A stretch of DNA of 64,000 bases from Mobula hypostoma (lineage: Eukaryota). Below are positions 36,891 through 51,049 of the stretch, in pieces. The stretch covers positions 43,216,001 through 43,280,000 of the forward strand of contig NC_086108.1 in assembly GCF_963921235.1 (NCBI RefSeq), in the 5' to 3' direction. Within the stretch, counting starts at the first letter, position 1, and every line of letters starts with the position of its first letter. The position numbers and the translations under genes are program-made. The notes under the pieces were generated by a model that did no database searches, was not told where the DNA came from, and saw only the letters and a program-made list of their open reading frames with translations.

Positions 36891-37105
36891 CGGCATGGTA
36901 GTGTAGCAATTAGCTCAACACTTCGCTGCGTCCGCAAGGCGGGTTCAATTCCTGCCGCAGTCTGTACATGGCTTTCCACCAGGTTCTCCGGTTTCCTCAC
37001 ACATTCATAAGGTGTATGTGTTAGTAAGTTAATTGGTCACATGGGTGTAATTGGGTGGCGTGGGATTTTTGGGCCAGTGGCCTGTTATCATGCTATTTCT
37101 GTAAG
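36891..37105 (+). mobile_element. tRNA-derived SINE (V-SINE-like)
   Basis: A-box-like tagtgtagc, B-box ggttcaattcc, and core ctccggtttcctcacacattc. Confidence 0.65.
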
Positions 37106-37864
37106 AATTCAAATACCAGGGCTTCAAACTTGGTTCAAATTTGAATGGTGATTAAGCAGAGAATCAATTTGCTGGAAGTAACTCTATAGGGTAGATGGAG
37201 TCATATCAACAGTGAAGGAAGAACTGATCAGAACAAAAAAAACTTGTTTCAGTTGGCATCAAGGCCAGCAGACATGGACCGAAGACCTGTGCTCTACTGT
37301 TACAGGTCCTATGACAATTTGTAAAGTATTTATGCTGCATCAGATTTATAAAGAGTCAAAAAGAATTGATGTCAGCAGTTTTAATTAATCATTAGATTAT
37401 ACTACAGTATTTATCTGCCCTTGGATATTGTCAGCATCAGTTGATCATCACTTATACTGGAGTTGTAATTCAGTGTTTTCATAAGGAGTACAAAAAACAT
37501 TTCATTTACTACTTTCCCAGTGTTTATGCATACCAGACTGAACAAATCTTGAAATACTCAAAATTCTATATTACAAATAAAAGAACATAGCTAAATTTTA
37601 TTGCAACTACAAGCAATACATATGGCTAACAACTACTTAATCAAGTCCCTTTATTCTTGCACATCAGGATGCAAAACTTTTAAGAGATTCCAACTGTCCA
37701 ATAATACACTGGGAGCCATTCCTTGCGACAACAACAACAAAATTTAAACCCCACTCATTTCCTTTTCATCTATAACGAAGAATCAATGTGTGATCATGGC
37801 ATCTGAGTAAAACTTAAGTTTGATATTTAACATGCAACAATAAATCACCTTTAAGGATATAGAC

Positions 37865-38300
37865 GAACATAGAACATTACAGCACAGTATAGCCCTTCGA
37901 CTCATGATGTTGTGCCAACCTTTAAACCTAGTCTAAGATCAATCTAACTCTTCTCTCCTCCATAGCCCTCCATTTTTCTACTATCTATGTACCTATCTAA
38001 GAATCTCTTTAATGTCCCTAATGTATCGGCCTCCTCACCACTTCGGCAGTGCATTCCATGCACTCACCACTCTCTGTGTAAAAAACCTCTCCAACATCTC
38101 CCCTATGCTTTCATCCAATCTCCAAAAAGCATCCCCCCTTGTATTAGCCATTTCTGCCTGGGGGAAAAGTCTCTGGCTATCCACTTGATCTACACCTCTT
38201 ATCATCTTGTACACTTCTTTCAAGTCACCCCTCATCCCCCTTTGCTCCAAGAAAAAAGCCCTAGCTTGCTCAACCAACCTTCATAAGAAATGCCCTCTAG
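37865..38300 (-). mobile_element. CR1 3' fragment
   Basis: MRGDLKEVYKMIRGVD...FFTQRVVSAWNALP and tail. Confidence 0.85.
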
Positions 38301-39826
38301 GTATAGCTTTGTGTCATACGAAGTTTTGAATGAATAATCTTCAGTGATTTTAAAATTTTCTTTTAAAAGAGTGTTGTTAGCATAAAACAAAAGAACATTT
38401 TCCAATCAATTCAAAGTAAATCAGAGGGGGGCGAGGAACAGGACAAAACATGTGTCACATGCAAACCAGAACACCCCTTTTAATGAATATAACACTTTAT
38501 TTTTCAGACCAATGAACATGGAAACCAAAGTGAAATTTGTTCCTTTGATATTTCAGAAAAAAGTGGGCTCCTGATGGGCAGTGATGATTAGAAATAAAAC
38601 TGATGCTGACTTACACGGCTTTGCTCTGAAGAGGTAACTTCAAATTAATACTGAAGCAAGCCTGGAACTCAATGGTGTCACAGTGTATTGGCACATATCC
38701 TAAATTTTGTTTTAATTCAATTCAATCAAAAGTTACAAAAATCAATTTATTTAATATAATAAAGCAGTTAAGCTTTTGTATTTTCCCTCTGAACCCTTTA
38801 TAAACTAGTATGCCACACTGCACATCAATATTGTGTTACTCTGTAACTGAGAGAATATAACTCAGCGTTTGTTAATCCTTATTTAAATTAGAATTAGAAT
38901 ACCCAATCTTGCTTCATGTATGTGATGAAATTATCAAGTGTAGCCAGAGACAACTCTGCAAAGCACAAGTCTCCTATGAAGGCGGAATATACACAAAGCA
39001 GGAAAAATTCTGACTATAGGACATACAAGAAGAAAGTCTAATTTTGATACTTCAGAATCAATAATGAAGCGATTGAATGGTGTCACAAAACAATCTCATA
39101 CTCAACGTCAGCAAGATCAAGGAACTGATTTTGAATTTAGGAAGGGAAGTCAAGAGAAAACACACCAGTCCTCATTTAGGGGTCAGCGGTAGAAAGGGTG
39201 AGCAGTTTCTAATTCCTGGCATCCACATCAAAGAGGATCTATCCTCAGCCTAAGACATTGATGTAATCAAAAGCTGGCACACCAGCAGATCTACTTCATT
39301 AGGAGTTTGAGGAGGTTTTGAATGTCGCCAAAGACTCTTGCAAATTTGGACAGCATCCTGAGTGGATGCATCGCAAAAGGCTGCAGAGAGTTGTAGACTC
39401 AGTCTTTGGTACAGCCCTTCCTGCCATCGAGAACATCTTCAAGAGGCGTACCCCAAGAAAGTAGCATTCATCACTGCAACCTTCACCAACTAAGACATGT
39501 CCTCTCTGCATTACTACCATCACAGAAGACGCACAGGAGCCTGGAGACCCGCACTCAACATGTTAATAAGGAGTCCTTCCTCTCTGTCATCAAGTTTCTG
39601 AATGGTCCATGAACACTACCTTATTATTTGTCTTCTGTATTGTTATTTTTGTAATTTATAAACTGATGGTAGTTTATGTTTTGCAGGGTACTGCAGCTGC
39701 AAAACAACAAGTTTCATAATGTGTGCACATTAATAATCCTGATTCTGAATTTGAGTAGAAGATCATTAAAAAATATACCCAAAGACATACTAGGAAATAC
39801 TGGTAACATGATTGCACTTTACTGAC

Positions 39827-40018
39827 CGTGCCAATGTTGGAGAGAGTGAATGTCCCTCCAGTAAGATCGTTTGTTCCCAGTTGATTTGCTGAACCCAGAG
39901 TAAGCAGCCGGTTTAATTCTGCTGCAATCTCAAAGACACTGAGAATCTGTACATTCTTTACTACTGGAACAATCAGACCTTGTTGTGTATCCATAGCAAT
40001 GCCAATGTTATGGGAAGC
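39827..40018 (-). CDS. DBT: DBT coding exon 9
   Basis: 192-bp exon, gacag/GTCAGT. It encodes [18 protein letters not shown]...[11 protein letters not shown]. Confidence 0.97.
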
Positions 40019-41274
40019 CTGTCCAGAAAGACAAAAACAACTAGGATTAGCATTTCAAAAATTAGGAGTACTATCTACATATAATATGTTACATTTTCTT
40101 CATTGATGGAAATTCATTTCTTTACAGATATTAGTGAAATAAAGTTTAATGGCCAAGTATAGTTGAAACAGCTGAGTGAAAGTACTGTGTGGTAACACTT
40201 CTTCTAAACTATGTATACAATCTGAAACTAAATCTATGAGCTCAGAAAGAAAGTTACATGGGTAACAAGGTTACTGTAATAAAAATAACAAAAAGTCAAA
40301 CATGGTATAAAAGTACTTCATGTGCCATACTGGAATTTGAGTGCAAATCTATTCACATTAAACAGTACATATACTGATTTTAAATTATGTAACATTCTGG
40401 CTAAAACTATTTAAAACACAATTAGCTGTAATATTCCAATGAGATTTCAAGATATCTGCAAACATATTAATTCTCAAGGACCCACAATTGGTCAGGTGAT
40501 AGCAGCTGAACATTAAGCTAGAGTCAAATGTGGTAGCCATGGATACAAAGGCATGACTAAACTCTTGTTTAACCATTAACTTGAAATAAAGCACACCAGC
40601 AGCATTTAATTAGATAAAATATTTTAGGGACATGCTATCTGATGCAAACATCAAATTTGCAATGTATTTTTCCCTGTAAGTGCTGTACGTCTCAATACAA
40701 TCACATTGTCCAGATGAAGCTTTTGATCTCCCTCTTCCAATGTCAGTCTCACTCATTTTCATCTATAATTTAAAGTATTGGTTACACAAGACTTCACAAC
40801 ATACATAGGGAAAGGATATTCAGAAATCGACCTGTAGTTTAATTCTGCAGATCTTTTTGGAAAGGAATCACCTAATCAAGCCACGTTAACAAAGTCAGAT
40901 ATAGCTGCAATAGACTTAACATTTCAAAGTACAAATACTATATATAACCTTGAGATTAGTCTCCATACAGGCAGCCACAAAACAAAGAAATGCAATAAAA
41001 ACTATTAAAAAAAGACTGTGCAGAATAAAACCAAATCATGCAAACAACAAAAAGTAAGCAAATAACATTCAGAACTGAAGTTCACAAGAGTGAGTCTACA
41101 GCCACGAAACCAGTTATCACTGCAGTTGATTCAGGAGTCTATTAATTGCAGGCCACAGCATCAGTTCATCTTAATCACCATCTCAATACAGGGTTAATAA
41201 TGAAATTATATAACCCAGAAAAACATTCTGCATTACAATGTTCATTTTTAAGCTTTCATATAATGCAGTTATAC

Positions 41275-41352
41275 CTTATAAGTTATAAACTGGCAGTTTT
41301 CATCCAACAAAGCGTTTAAAACAGGATATTGTAGCAACCCCAAAGATGCTGC
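41275..41352 (-). CDS. DBT: DBT coding exon 8
   Basis: 78-bp exon, aacag/GTATA. It encodes [26 protein letters not shown]. Confidence 0.96.
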
Positions 41353-42101
41353 CTGTTGGAATCAAACACAGAATTTACAAGTTACTTTCCACTAATAAAA
41401 CTTAATGAATTGTTTTATATTTCACAAGATCTCTCCTCAAATTTTCTTTTATTTTATCACTGGTTTCATAATTTCATGTATTTGGACTTGTATCATAACT
41501 TTTTTATATGACATAGTATAATAACAATTTTACTACTTAGGTTGAAATAACTTGAAATATGTAACCAAACACGAGATCTCCTGTTGAATTGTAAATACTA
41601 TAAGAGGCAATGCGACCTATAATTTTCTGAGTATTTATCATTCAAATTTGCTGTAGAAGTATTTTTTATTCAAGTAATGTGAAAATATGCTTGCAGACAC
41701 TGGCTGGTATTGGGTGAACAAAATATTTTAATTTATTCTCTAAACAATTTTTTAGTATTGAAAACAATTGTTCATCCAGAGAAATTAAGTAACACTGAAG
41801 CATACTACAGATAACAAAAAGGGAACAGGAACATCAACATTTTTGATAGATCAAAAACTTTAGCCACCGGAAAACAAGAAGAATTTTAAGAAGTGTAAGT
41901 ATAAAGATGCATCCCTGACAAACTAATGGCACCATCTATCACTTACCAACTGTTGTTAAGACCAACAGCTTCATTAAGTAGCCCCACATGACTAAACTTT
42001 AAATGACAGAGCAGAAGGGCATCACCTAATTTATGTAGCAGTTTTAAAGAAGTAACCAACAGATATTTTAATTTTGATCAAAATAATACTGTTTTGCTCA
42101 C

Positions 42102-42268
42102 CTTTATAAAGAATGGCATGAATGAAAGTTTGATGCCTCTATCTTCAGTTACAGCTTTCAGTTCTTTTCGTAGTTTTACAAGGTTAGTTAAATCTACTTC
42201 ATCACAGTAGCCAAAATGAGGAATTTTCAGTGCAACAGACATTGTCTTTACCATAGCCTTCCGGATCC
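42102..42268 (-). CDS. DBT: DBT coding exon 7
   Basis: 167-bp exon, cacag/GTGAG. It encodes [27 protein letters not shown]...[10 protein letters not shown]. Confidence 0.97.
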
Positions 42269-42659
42269 CTGTGATTTAAAAAAAAACATTCCAAGTGTTT
42301 GCTCACTATTTAATTTTGCAACATTCTGCATACAACTGAGAAGTGCAAAGCTTTTAAAAGAATCCTAATTTAACTGGAAGATATGGATTTTCGGAGATGG
42401 GATGCACTTAGTTTGACTGTTGGCTGTAGTTTACATGAAGTCTTCTGCACATTCTGCCCTTCTATCTTTTCCAATCTTTCCAGACCCACTTATTAGTCAG
42501 CAGGGAGAACATCACATTGTTTTGGAACTGGCTGCTCGAAAACCTCATTATCTTGAATGGATTTTTTTTTTAAAAAACCTTTCCGGAAAGAAGTGGGGAC
42601 TGGGGAGCACATACCTCAAAGAGTTAAAAAAAAACTAATAATTTATTAAAACTGAATAT

Positions 42660-43855
42660 AATCAAACCTAGTCAACATGGTTTTATGAAAGCAATATCAT
42701 GTTTGATAAACATGATCTAATTATGAGTATGTCACCTGGAGAACTGATTGATATGTAGTATACTTAGATTTCCAAAATGCAGTTAATTAACATGGTGCCA
42801 CACAAGAGGCTGGTGCATCAATTAAGAGCCCAAAGTATTGGAGGAAGTGTGGAATTGAAACAAGTTGCTATATGGAAAATAAAGAGTTGTAATAAATGGG
42901 TCCTTTTCAGGCTGGATTGATGTAATTAGGAGAGCATTCTAGCAAATTGGTTCCTGGCCCTCAGTTGTTTGCTATTTCCGTTGACGACCTGGAGGAAGAA
43001 ACAAATTGCAAGGTTCCCAAGCTTTCCAATGATATAAAATTTCAAAGGCATTGTGTGATAAAGACATAGTAATTCTGTATTGGGACACAGATCAAGTTAG
43101 TGGGTGAAACCCTGGCATATGGAATTTAATGTTGGGGAGTACAAAGTCATGCAAAAGGTGAATATCTAAATAAAGATTCTGCAAGTTTAGTGGGATCCAA
43201 GTTTTCTAATGCCTAAATTATAAAATGTTAGTGGCTAGGACTAGCAAGTAGTAAAGAAAGCAAACAGCATGTTGTTCTTTCTTGGAGTTTAAGAAAAGAT
43301 ACATTTGGTACAGTTGCAAGTATAGTCAAGGCTACAATTGAAATATTGTTCACAGTTTTTTTGTCTTTTTACCTAAAGGATATGGTAGAATTCAGGGCTG
43401 TCCAAAGGAGATTTACTAGGCTAATTCCTGGGACATAACGGTTGTATCCCTTAGAGTTTAGAAGAATAAGGGGTGACCTTATTCAAACATACAAAGATCC
43501 TAAGGGAGGTTGGCAGGTTAGTTGAGACATTCCCACTGGTGGGAGACAGACCACAAAGGGACATAGCAACAAAATAAGGGGCCAGTCATTTACAACTGAG
43601 GTGCTTCAAAGGTATTTTCTCTGAGAGGATAGTAAACCTCCGGAATTCTTTGCCACCAAGGGTGTTGGTAGACAGATCATTAGACATATTTAAGGAGGAA
43701 GCAGATAAATATTTGAAACATTGAGGAATTCAGTGCCATGGGGAACTGGCATAGAAGAATTGAGGCCAGCAAAGATTAGTGATAATTATACTGAATGGAA
43801 GGGCAAACTACTGGGGTCTGTTGGCCTTCCGCAGCTCCTTTTTCCTTGTGTTCTT
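42660..43855 (+). mobile_element. Highly decayed CR1 fragment
   Basis: Remnants YLDFQN, VQRRFTRLIPG, IRGDLIQTYK. Confidence 0.75.
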
Positions 43856-44026
43856 AGGTACCTCAAAAAGAACACAAGCCTTCAATAATTGCATCTGTTA
43901 AGATAAAAATAATCTCTAGAAATGAAATTTTGAATACTTCACTATTTCATACCACTTTGGGCCCAATGTTTTCTGTATATTAAACATTTAAAAATGCAGA
44001 ATATTGAGCAACCTGAAGTAGATTAC

Positions 44027-44255
44027 CTTTAACTGGCTCAGTTCTATCTTTATCCATAAATGTTATTTTTGGAGTTATTGGTTTAGGTACAGGAGGTGCC
44101 CCTTTAGCTTTGGGTGAAGTTGGCTCTGGTGGAGGTGGAACAATCTCAGGTGAAGGTGGTAAAATAGCACCAGTTTGCTTAGCCAAGTAGTTCAGTATAT
44201 CTTCTTTGAGAATTCTTTCATCTTTTCCAGTTCCTACCACTTCACTAAGTTTAAT
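44027..44255 (-). CDS. DBT: DBT coding exon 6
   Basis: 229-bp exon, tgcag/GTAAT. It encodes [36 protein letters not shown]...DRTEPVK. Confidence 0.96.
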
Positions 44256-45795
44256 CTGCATAAAGAACACAATGTTTCAGGAACAATGTTACATTAAAGT
44301 CAGAATCAGTTACTTTGTGGGCAGTATATTCCAAAAGTTTCAATCACAGAGGAAACTAATTTGAACCCCCAACCCCTCAGCATCATAAGTTCCAAAGATA
44401 AATTGTATGCAAAATGTTCACTGGATTGTTTTCATACATCTTGCCACAGCTGAGAGATTGATGGTGACATTGGAGCAGACTACCATTCAAACCCCTTCGA
44501 TCCTTCGATGTAATGGTGCATCAGACAAGATCTCTGTATGTAACAAGTCTACAGTGTTTGTCTCATTTTACAGCAAAGTCTGAGTGACAAAGTTCTCACC
44601 AATCAAACTCCTGGTGTCTATTCTGCTCTTGGTCCACAACTAAACTTAAACACTTTCTTTGGGAAAATGCTAAAAGGGAAAACCAGAGCGGTGCAAGCCT
44701 AATGTGGAGAAGCTCATCTCATCAATTAGTCAATGAGTACGACCAACTGCAGTGATGGGAGAAATGCTTTTTGCTACCCTTTCGGTAAAGTGAAAAAATA
44801 CAATAGTGTAGAATACCATCTAGACTTACATCCTTCAAAAACATAACCTGATGCCAAGATACTTCATTTAATACAAAAACAGATGATTCAATATGAATCC
44901 CTGGAAGTTTATTCTGATAGCAAGAGAGAAAACTGCCAAACTATATACCTCTCCCAGACCAAAAATATAACCATCATGTTCAAAGATAGAATAAAAATTG
45001 GGAAATAAAACACTAGAATATGCTTCAATGATTTTTTTTAAATGCAAGTGCTACAAATATGATAATTAAATTAGAAAGTCTAAATGCACAGGCTTGGAAT
45101 CTGTAAACAGAATAGCTAATTTTGACATTTAAGGTGTATCCCCATCACATAAATTGAAGAGTGCACAGATGCAAAATCAGACAGAGGTTAGGTTAACCTG
45201 TCTGCGAATCCAGCATTTCGTTTTTACTGCTCTAAAGCAAGTAGACTGAGCATTTATTCAAGGCTGCTAAAATGCAGTTGAAATTACAAAGAACCACAAA
45301 GCATCTGTCACCACGCAATGGAAGCTGAATGAAGCCAGGAGATTTAGAAGCACTGAGAGCCATTTGAGAACAATAACAACCTGTAAATCACATCAATTAC
45401 ATTATATTAAAAAATCAGATAAGCTGGACTATTTGAGCAAGAACACAAAGAGCATTGTTTGAATTTGTTGAATGTGCAGTATCTTCTCTAACAGTCACAC
45501 CACAAATACTTCAAATCTTACAGTGCCCATGGTAACATTTGCATTAAGTTGATGTATAGCTGTAGGGTGAGTTTTCTTTTGTAGCAGTTGAGCATTACAG
45601 GCAAATAACTTTATATACATAACATACAAAATTAAATGAAAACTTTTGGTTGCTTCATAGGAATCTGATAACCTTTCAAAACAGATTTGTCGTTTTATTT
45701 CAGTAACAAATGGAAACCAGACTTTCAGGGGCTGATAAATGGAGACTGTTAGATAAACAAGTACCTACCCATCAACAGAACACATTGTAACTTAC

Positions 45796-45923
45796 GTTGT
45801 TTTCCATGGCAAGTCGGCGCACAGCAGGTGTTGCTAGTATTTTCTGCCCTTTTATCTCTTGGTGCGTATGTTCCTCATTCAGCACCGCAGGTGCTTCAAC
45901 AACATCTTGTTCTGGAACAACAG
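45796..45923 (-). CDS. DBT: DBT coding exon 5
   Basis: 128-bp exon, cacag/GTAAG. It encodes [42 protein letters not shown] (start of the subunit-binding domain), and its phase fits its neighbours. Confidence 0.96.
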
Positions 45924-46674
45924 CTGTGGCAGAAGCATAGGGAAGTTAACCATATTCACTTTTGCTAAATTGCAGACTATTAACTTCAAAATTTTTGCCA
46001 TTTTATGTTCTGAACCTAGCTGAGCAATCCTAATTCATATATTTTTTAAAAATACTTAGTTTCGTGCGCAGATTTTGTATCTGATTTCACAATTCTATCA
46101 ACACCAAAGCTCTTAATGTCTACCATCATTACATGGGAGGATGAAAGAAGCGTTGTCACTATCTGTGGTTACTTGGCCTGTCTCACATTTTGTGGATGAA
46201 TGCCAGATATCACCTAGTAGTTAAATCCAGAAGTTACAGTCAATGAACATTATAAAAAGTGGTTGAGTTATCTTTTTTCATTAGTCAAGGCACAAAGTAT
46301 AGAGTGGGGATATTATGCAGAGTAAAACAGCAGTTCAGGTAGCCACTTTACAGGAAAATTACAACAGAACTAGGCAAGAGACAAAGGAAGACAAGGTCAG
46401 AACTGAAGAATTTTATTAATGAAGAAAGATAAGAAAGCTGGTGTTTTTTTTGGGCACAGAGGAGACAGAGGGGAGATTTACTTCAGATTAAAGGAGGTAT
46501 TAAGATTTTTTAAACTACTGTAGTTGGTGAGAGGGTTCCGGAACTGAGTGTCTGAAGGGATAGTGGACATGTAAAGCTTTACATTTAAAAAGTGCTTGGA
46601 TGTGCGAGAAGCTACAGGATCATTGACCAAGAGTTGTAAACTTGAATGAAGCTACAGTTGCTCTTACTCTACAG

Positions 46675-48690
46675 CAGTGGTCCCCAACCACCGAGCCACA
46701 GACCGGTACTGGGCCGCAAAGTATGTGCTACCAGGCCGCGAGGAAACAATATGATTTGACGATATGAAACGATGCGGGTCAGCTGCACCTTTCCTCATTC
46801 CCCGCCACACCCACTGTTGAACTTGAACACACTCGAGGTCATCAGTTGGTCATTAACCTACAACTACTCGATGAGTAAAAAAAACATCGCTTGAGAGTTT
46901 CTTTGGAAGAGGTGGTAGGGGACATAAAAGGCCTAATGATGATGATAACGCAGACACAGCTGAGGCCGAGACTGCAAAAAAAAAAGCTTCCTTCAATAGA
47001 AAATATGATGAGTCGTACTTAAATATGGCTTTATTGCGACTGGTGACTTGCATGCTCGAAGCCCCCTGTGTGTGATATGTGGAGACAAGCTGTCTAATGA
47101 GGCAATGAAGCCCTCAAAACTGCTTTGGCACCTTGAGTCCAAGCACCTGCACTTAAAGACAAACCTGTTGAGTTTTTTGAGCGGAAAAAACGTGAGCAAG
47201 CGGGACAGAAGCAAGTGCTGAGAGTCACCACCTCCACAAATGCTGCTGCTCCGAGAGCGTCATACTTAGTGAGTGGCCAGTCGTATTGCTAAGGCTAAGA
47301 AGCCTTTCACGGTTGGTGAAGAATTGCTTCTGCCTGCTGCTAAGGACATGTGCTGTGAACTGTTGGGAGAAGCTGCAGCTAACAAGATAGCACAGGTTTC
47401 TCTTTCAGCTACCAGTGTTTCAAGGAGAATCGATGACATAGCGGAGGACATCAAAGCACAGCTGTTGGAACGGCTTAACGAGTCACCATGGTGTGCTATC
47501 CAGGTCAACAACAAGGCAATGCTGGTGGTTTATGTGTGATATATATTTCAAAACAATGTGCATGAGGATACGTTGTGTGCACTGCCGCTGCCAACTAACA
47601 CAATTGGGGCAGAACTATTCAAGTCTTTGAATGACTACATGTCAGGCCAACTGGACTGGTCATTCTATGTTGGAATATGCAGACGGGGCTGCAACTATGA
47701 CTGGACAGCTGTCTGGTTTCACTACCCAAGTCAAAGAGGTTGCTCCTGAATGCCAGTCTACACACTGTGTCATACACAGGGAAATGCTGGCTAGCCGAAA
47801 AATGTCACCTGATCTTAACAGTGGATGGAGTGACGTTGATGAAGTTATCAATCATGTCAAAGCAAAAGCCCTTAACTCACATCTGTTTGAACAGCTTTGC
47901 AAGGAAATGGATCAGAGCACAAACGCCTTCTCTTACACACTGAAGTCAGGTGGCTATCAAGGAGGAGAGCCCTGGCCAGGGTTTTTGAGTTGAGAGAGCA
48001 GCTACAGAGATTTCTTTCAGGAAAAAACTCACCACTGGCAGCACACTTCAGTGACGAGGAGTGGATAGCAAAACTCGCTTATCTGTGTGACATCTTCAAT
48101 CCGCTCAATGAACTCAATTTGTCACTTCAGGGGAGAATAACAACTGTCTTCAAGTTGGCAGATAAAGTGTCTGCTTTCACAGCCAAACTGGAACTGCGGG
48201 GACGGCGAGCGGATAGGAGCATATTTGACATGTTCCCAACATTAGCAGGGATTTTGGTCTCCCATCACCCCTCGATGGGACTGTCTTATTGCAGGGAAAC
48301 AAGCCCAGGGCTCCCACTGATTCAGCAATATTGGTGTGGCGCAATGATTTTATATGTTCATACGAGGAAAATATGTGCTGTGTGTTTAATATCCGAACAT
48401 TACTTAAAATGTTATGATGCTATTGACTTATAAAGTGACTTATAATCAACTTATCACTATATTCATGCAAGGAAAATATGCGCTGTGTGTTTAATATTAA
48501 ATTCGTTAGATAAACCCTTTTAGAAATGAAATTGAGTGTATTAGCCATTTATAAACAACTAAAGTTGACTTATCACCTATATTCTGGTCATGATCAACAA
48601 CCCGCCACCCCCCCCACCCCATCAGCTGGTCTGCAACAATATTGCCAATATTAAAACTGTCCGTGGTGCAAAAAAGGTTGGGGACCCCTG
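46675..48690 (+). mobile_element. Charlie/Buster-type hAT transposon (ZBED5/SCAND3-like transposase pseudogene, C-terminal deletion)
   Basis: TIRs CAGTGGTCCCCAACC / GGTTGGGGACCCCTG; 8-bp TSD CTCTACAG (46667-46674, 48691-48698). Motifs KKPFTVGEELLLPAAKD, DGAATMTG, HCVIHRE, HTEVRWLSR. Confidence 0.95.
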
Positions 48691-51049
48691 CTCTACAGGC
48701 ATGGCCACAATGGGCTTTCCATGGGATAGTTTTAGAATCGCATTCCCTGCTCTTCCACATCATGCACTGTTACAGTATACCCTGCCATATTCAGTAGAAA
48801 CCAAACCAGCAAGAGACAAGAATTTTAATATTATGAACTAATCTCGTAGTAAATGCAAGTCTGAAATGTTTATGCCTTTTTGAATGAAGTGCAATTGAAT
48901 TTTAAATGCTTTCCAATTTAATAATTAAAAACAACTCTGTTTCCAGTTTTTCTCACCAATTTCATTGATTATTCAGTCTGGTACATAACATCAGCATCAC
49001 AGCAAGAAATGCCTAGAGCAAAGTAATGCTCAGTGTAACCAACACAGGAAATGAGAGATACACACAACTAACTATGAGGTTACCAGCAAGAGCAATTACT
49101 TCATTGTTGATCCAAAAATGCAATTGATAAGAAATGCTTTTTCAAAACATATGGTGACCTTTCAGTGACTGAAATCACAAGCAAAAAAAACTCAAAATAC
49201 CCAAATAATTATTGACTTCAGGGAGGAAATCAGAGGTCCATGAGCCAGTCTTCGTCAGGGGATCAGAGGTGGAGAAGGTCAGCAACTTAAAATTCCTCAG
49301 TGTTAACATTTCAGAGGACCGGTCAATTACAAAAAAAGCATGGCAGCACCTCTACTTCCTTAGGACTCTCCAAAGATTCTGCACGACATCTAAAACTTTG
49401 ATCAACTTCTATAGATGTGTGTTGGAGAGTATATTGACTGTGATTTTATATTTGCACACAGGTTGTCTTCCCTGTTGGTAGCATGTCTTATTGATTCTAT
49501 TATGGTTATTGGATTTATTGAGTATTCTTGCAAGAAAATAAATCTCAGGGTTGAATATGATGACATATATGTACTTTGATAATAAAATTTACTTTGAAAT
49601 GACATAAAAATTAAGATTTTTGCAAGTGTTTATAATCACTATGTGATGCAATAGGTCAGCACACCATAACAAGGATTTGGGACTTAATCCACTCCGTGAT
49701 TAAGACCCTATAAGGTTTCAAGATATGTAAAAGTCAGTGGGCACGTTCCTTTATCTTTTTAGCAGAACAGAGAAAAAGCTTAAATTAATACTTAAGTAAA
49801 TTTGCTTCTTCTGTTGAGAATCAGCTGCTGTCAACAATTACTTAATAGGGATAGGAGAATGAGCAAATTAGTGCCTGGCAGTGATAGACGAGAATGAAGC
49901 TCCTCTGCTTCCTTTCACGTGCAGGGTGGAAGACAAGGCTCACTCCGAACCCACCCAGAAGCAGACTGCAAGGACATGCACAATCCATGAAATATTTCCA
50001 TTAAATTACACTGGGGTATCCCTATCCTTCATGGTGGGCCTCATCTAAAGAGAAAGAAAATTAAGTTCAATTCTGCTAAGAGCTCTCTCCCTAACTGAGC
50101 CACAGAGAGCAAAGCATGCAGTTTTAGGTTTGTTCTATCTAAGCAGGAATTCTTGACGAAGCATTGCTGAATGTAAAATGCATTTAATAGCTGGACTGGG
50201 AAAACCTTATACACTGACAAATAAAAAAAAATGTGTGGGTTCTGGTTCCTGCAACTGCCAATGCAAAATCAAATAAAATCCAAAACAAAACCAAACTTCA
50301 AAATCTACGTTTGTAGATTTCAGCTTTCAATTTTTATCAAATTTGCTAATTTATACAAATTAAAAAAGATTAATGTTATAACACCAAATACTCTCAGGGC
50401 AGTCAATTGGAAATGTACTGGTGCCAGGAACAACAAAATACAAGTTGCAGTGAAATACCAAAACGGTGGATATAATGGGAGCTTCATTAATCTTCAACTA
50501 AACTGCTCATTTCACTCTTGAATAATGCAACAGCTTGTGACAACATTTACAATCATATTCAGCAAAAACATTTTTACCAGGTTACACAGTCCAATTAATC
50601 TGGCAACAATCACAATAGCAGTTCTGGTGGACGAGCAAGATTTGTGCATGACAGATCAAGATCACCTGAAATGAACACACTATAGAAACCACTTATCACA
50701 GCCATTAAAGAAAGGTTGCGTCTCAAAAACCTTCAGTGGAATAGATGTTTTACTGCTTTCAATCTCTGCTTGGATCCTCCTTCCAAAGCCCTTACTGAAC
50801 TAGGGCGAAGGTTGCTATGATACAGTCACTTTACTGACAAAATATCCAATTTAAAGGACTATTTAAGCAGCTTCAGCTTTTGCAGACTTTTACCACCACA
50901 CAAAAAGTATTCAAGACACAGAGCCAGCCAAACCTTTGGTGGCATTCCACAGCAAAGGCAGTGTATTACATTCAAAGCAAAGAAAAATATTTCTCATTCT
51001 GGTAGAGTGAATGAACACGACAGGACAAGGCCTATTCACACCAGATTGG

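Noticed and set aside
46870..48433. hAT ORFs as a domesticated ZBED5/SCAND3-type gene
   Set aside because: Multiple frameshifts and deletions, intact TIRs and TSDs, and several copies indicate ordinary transposon relics.
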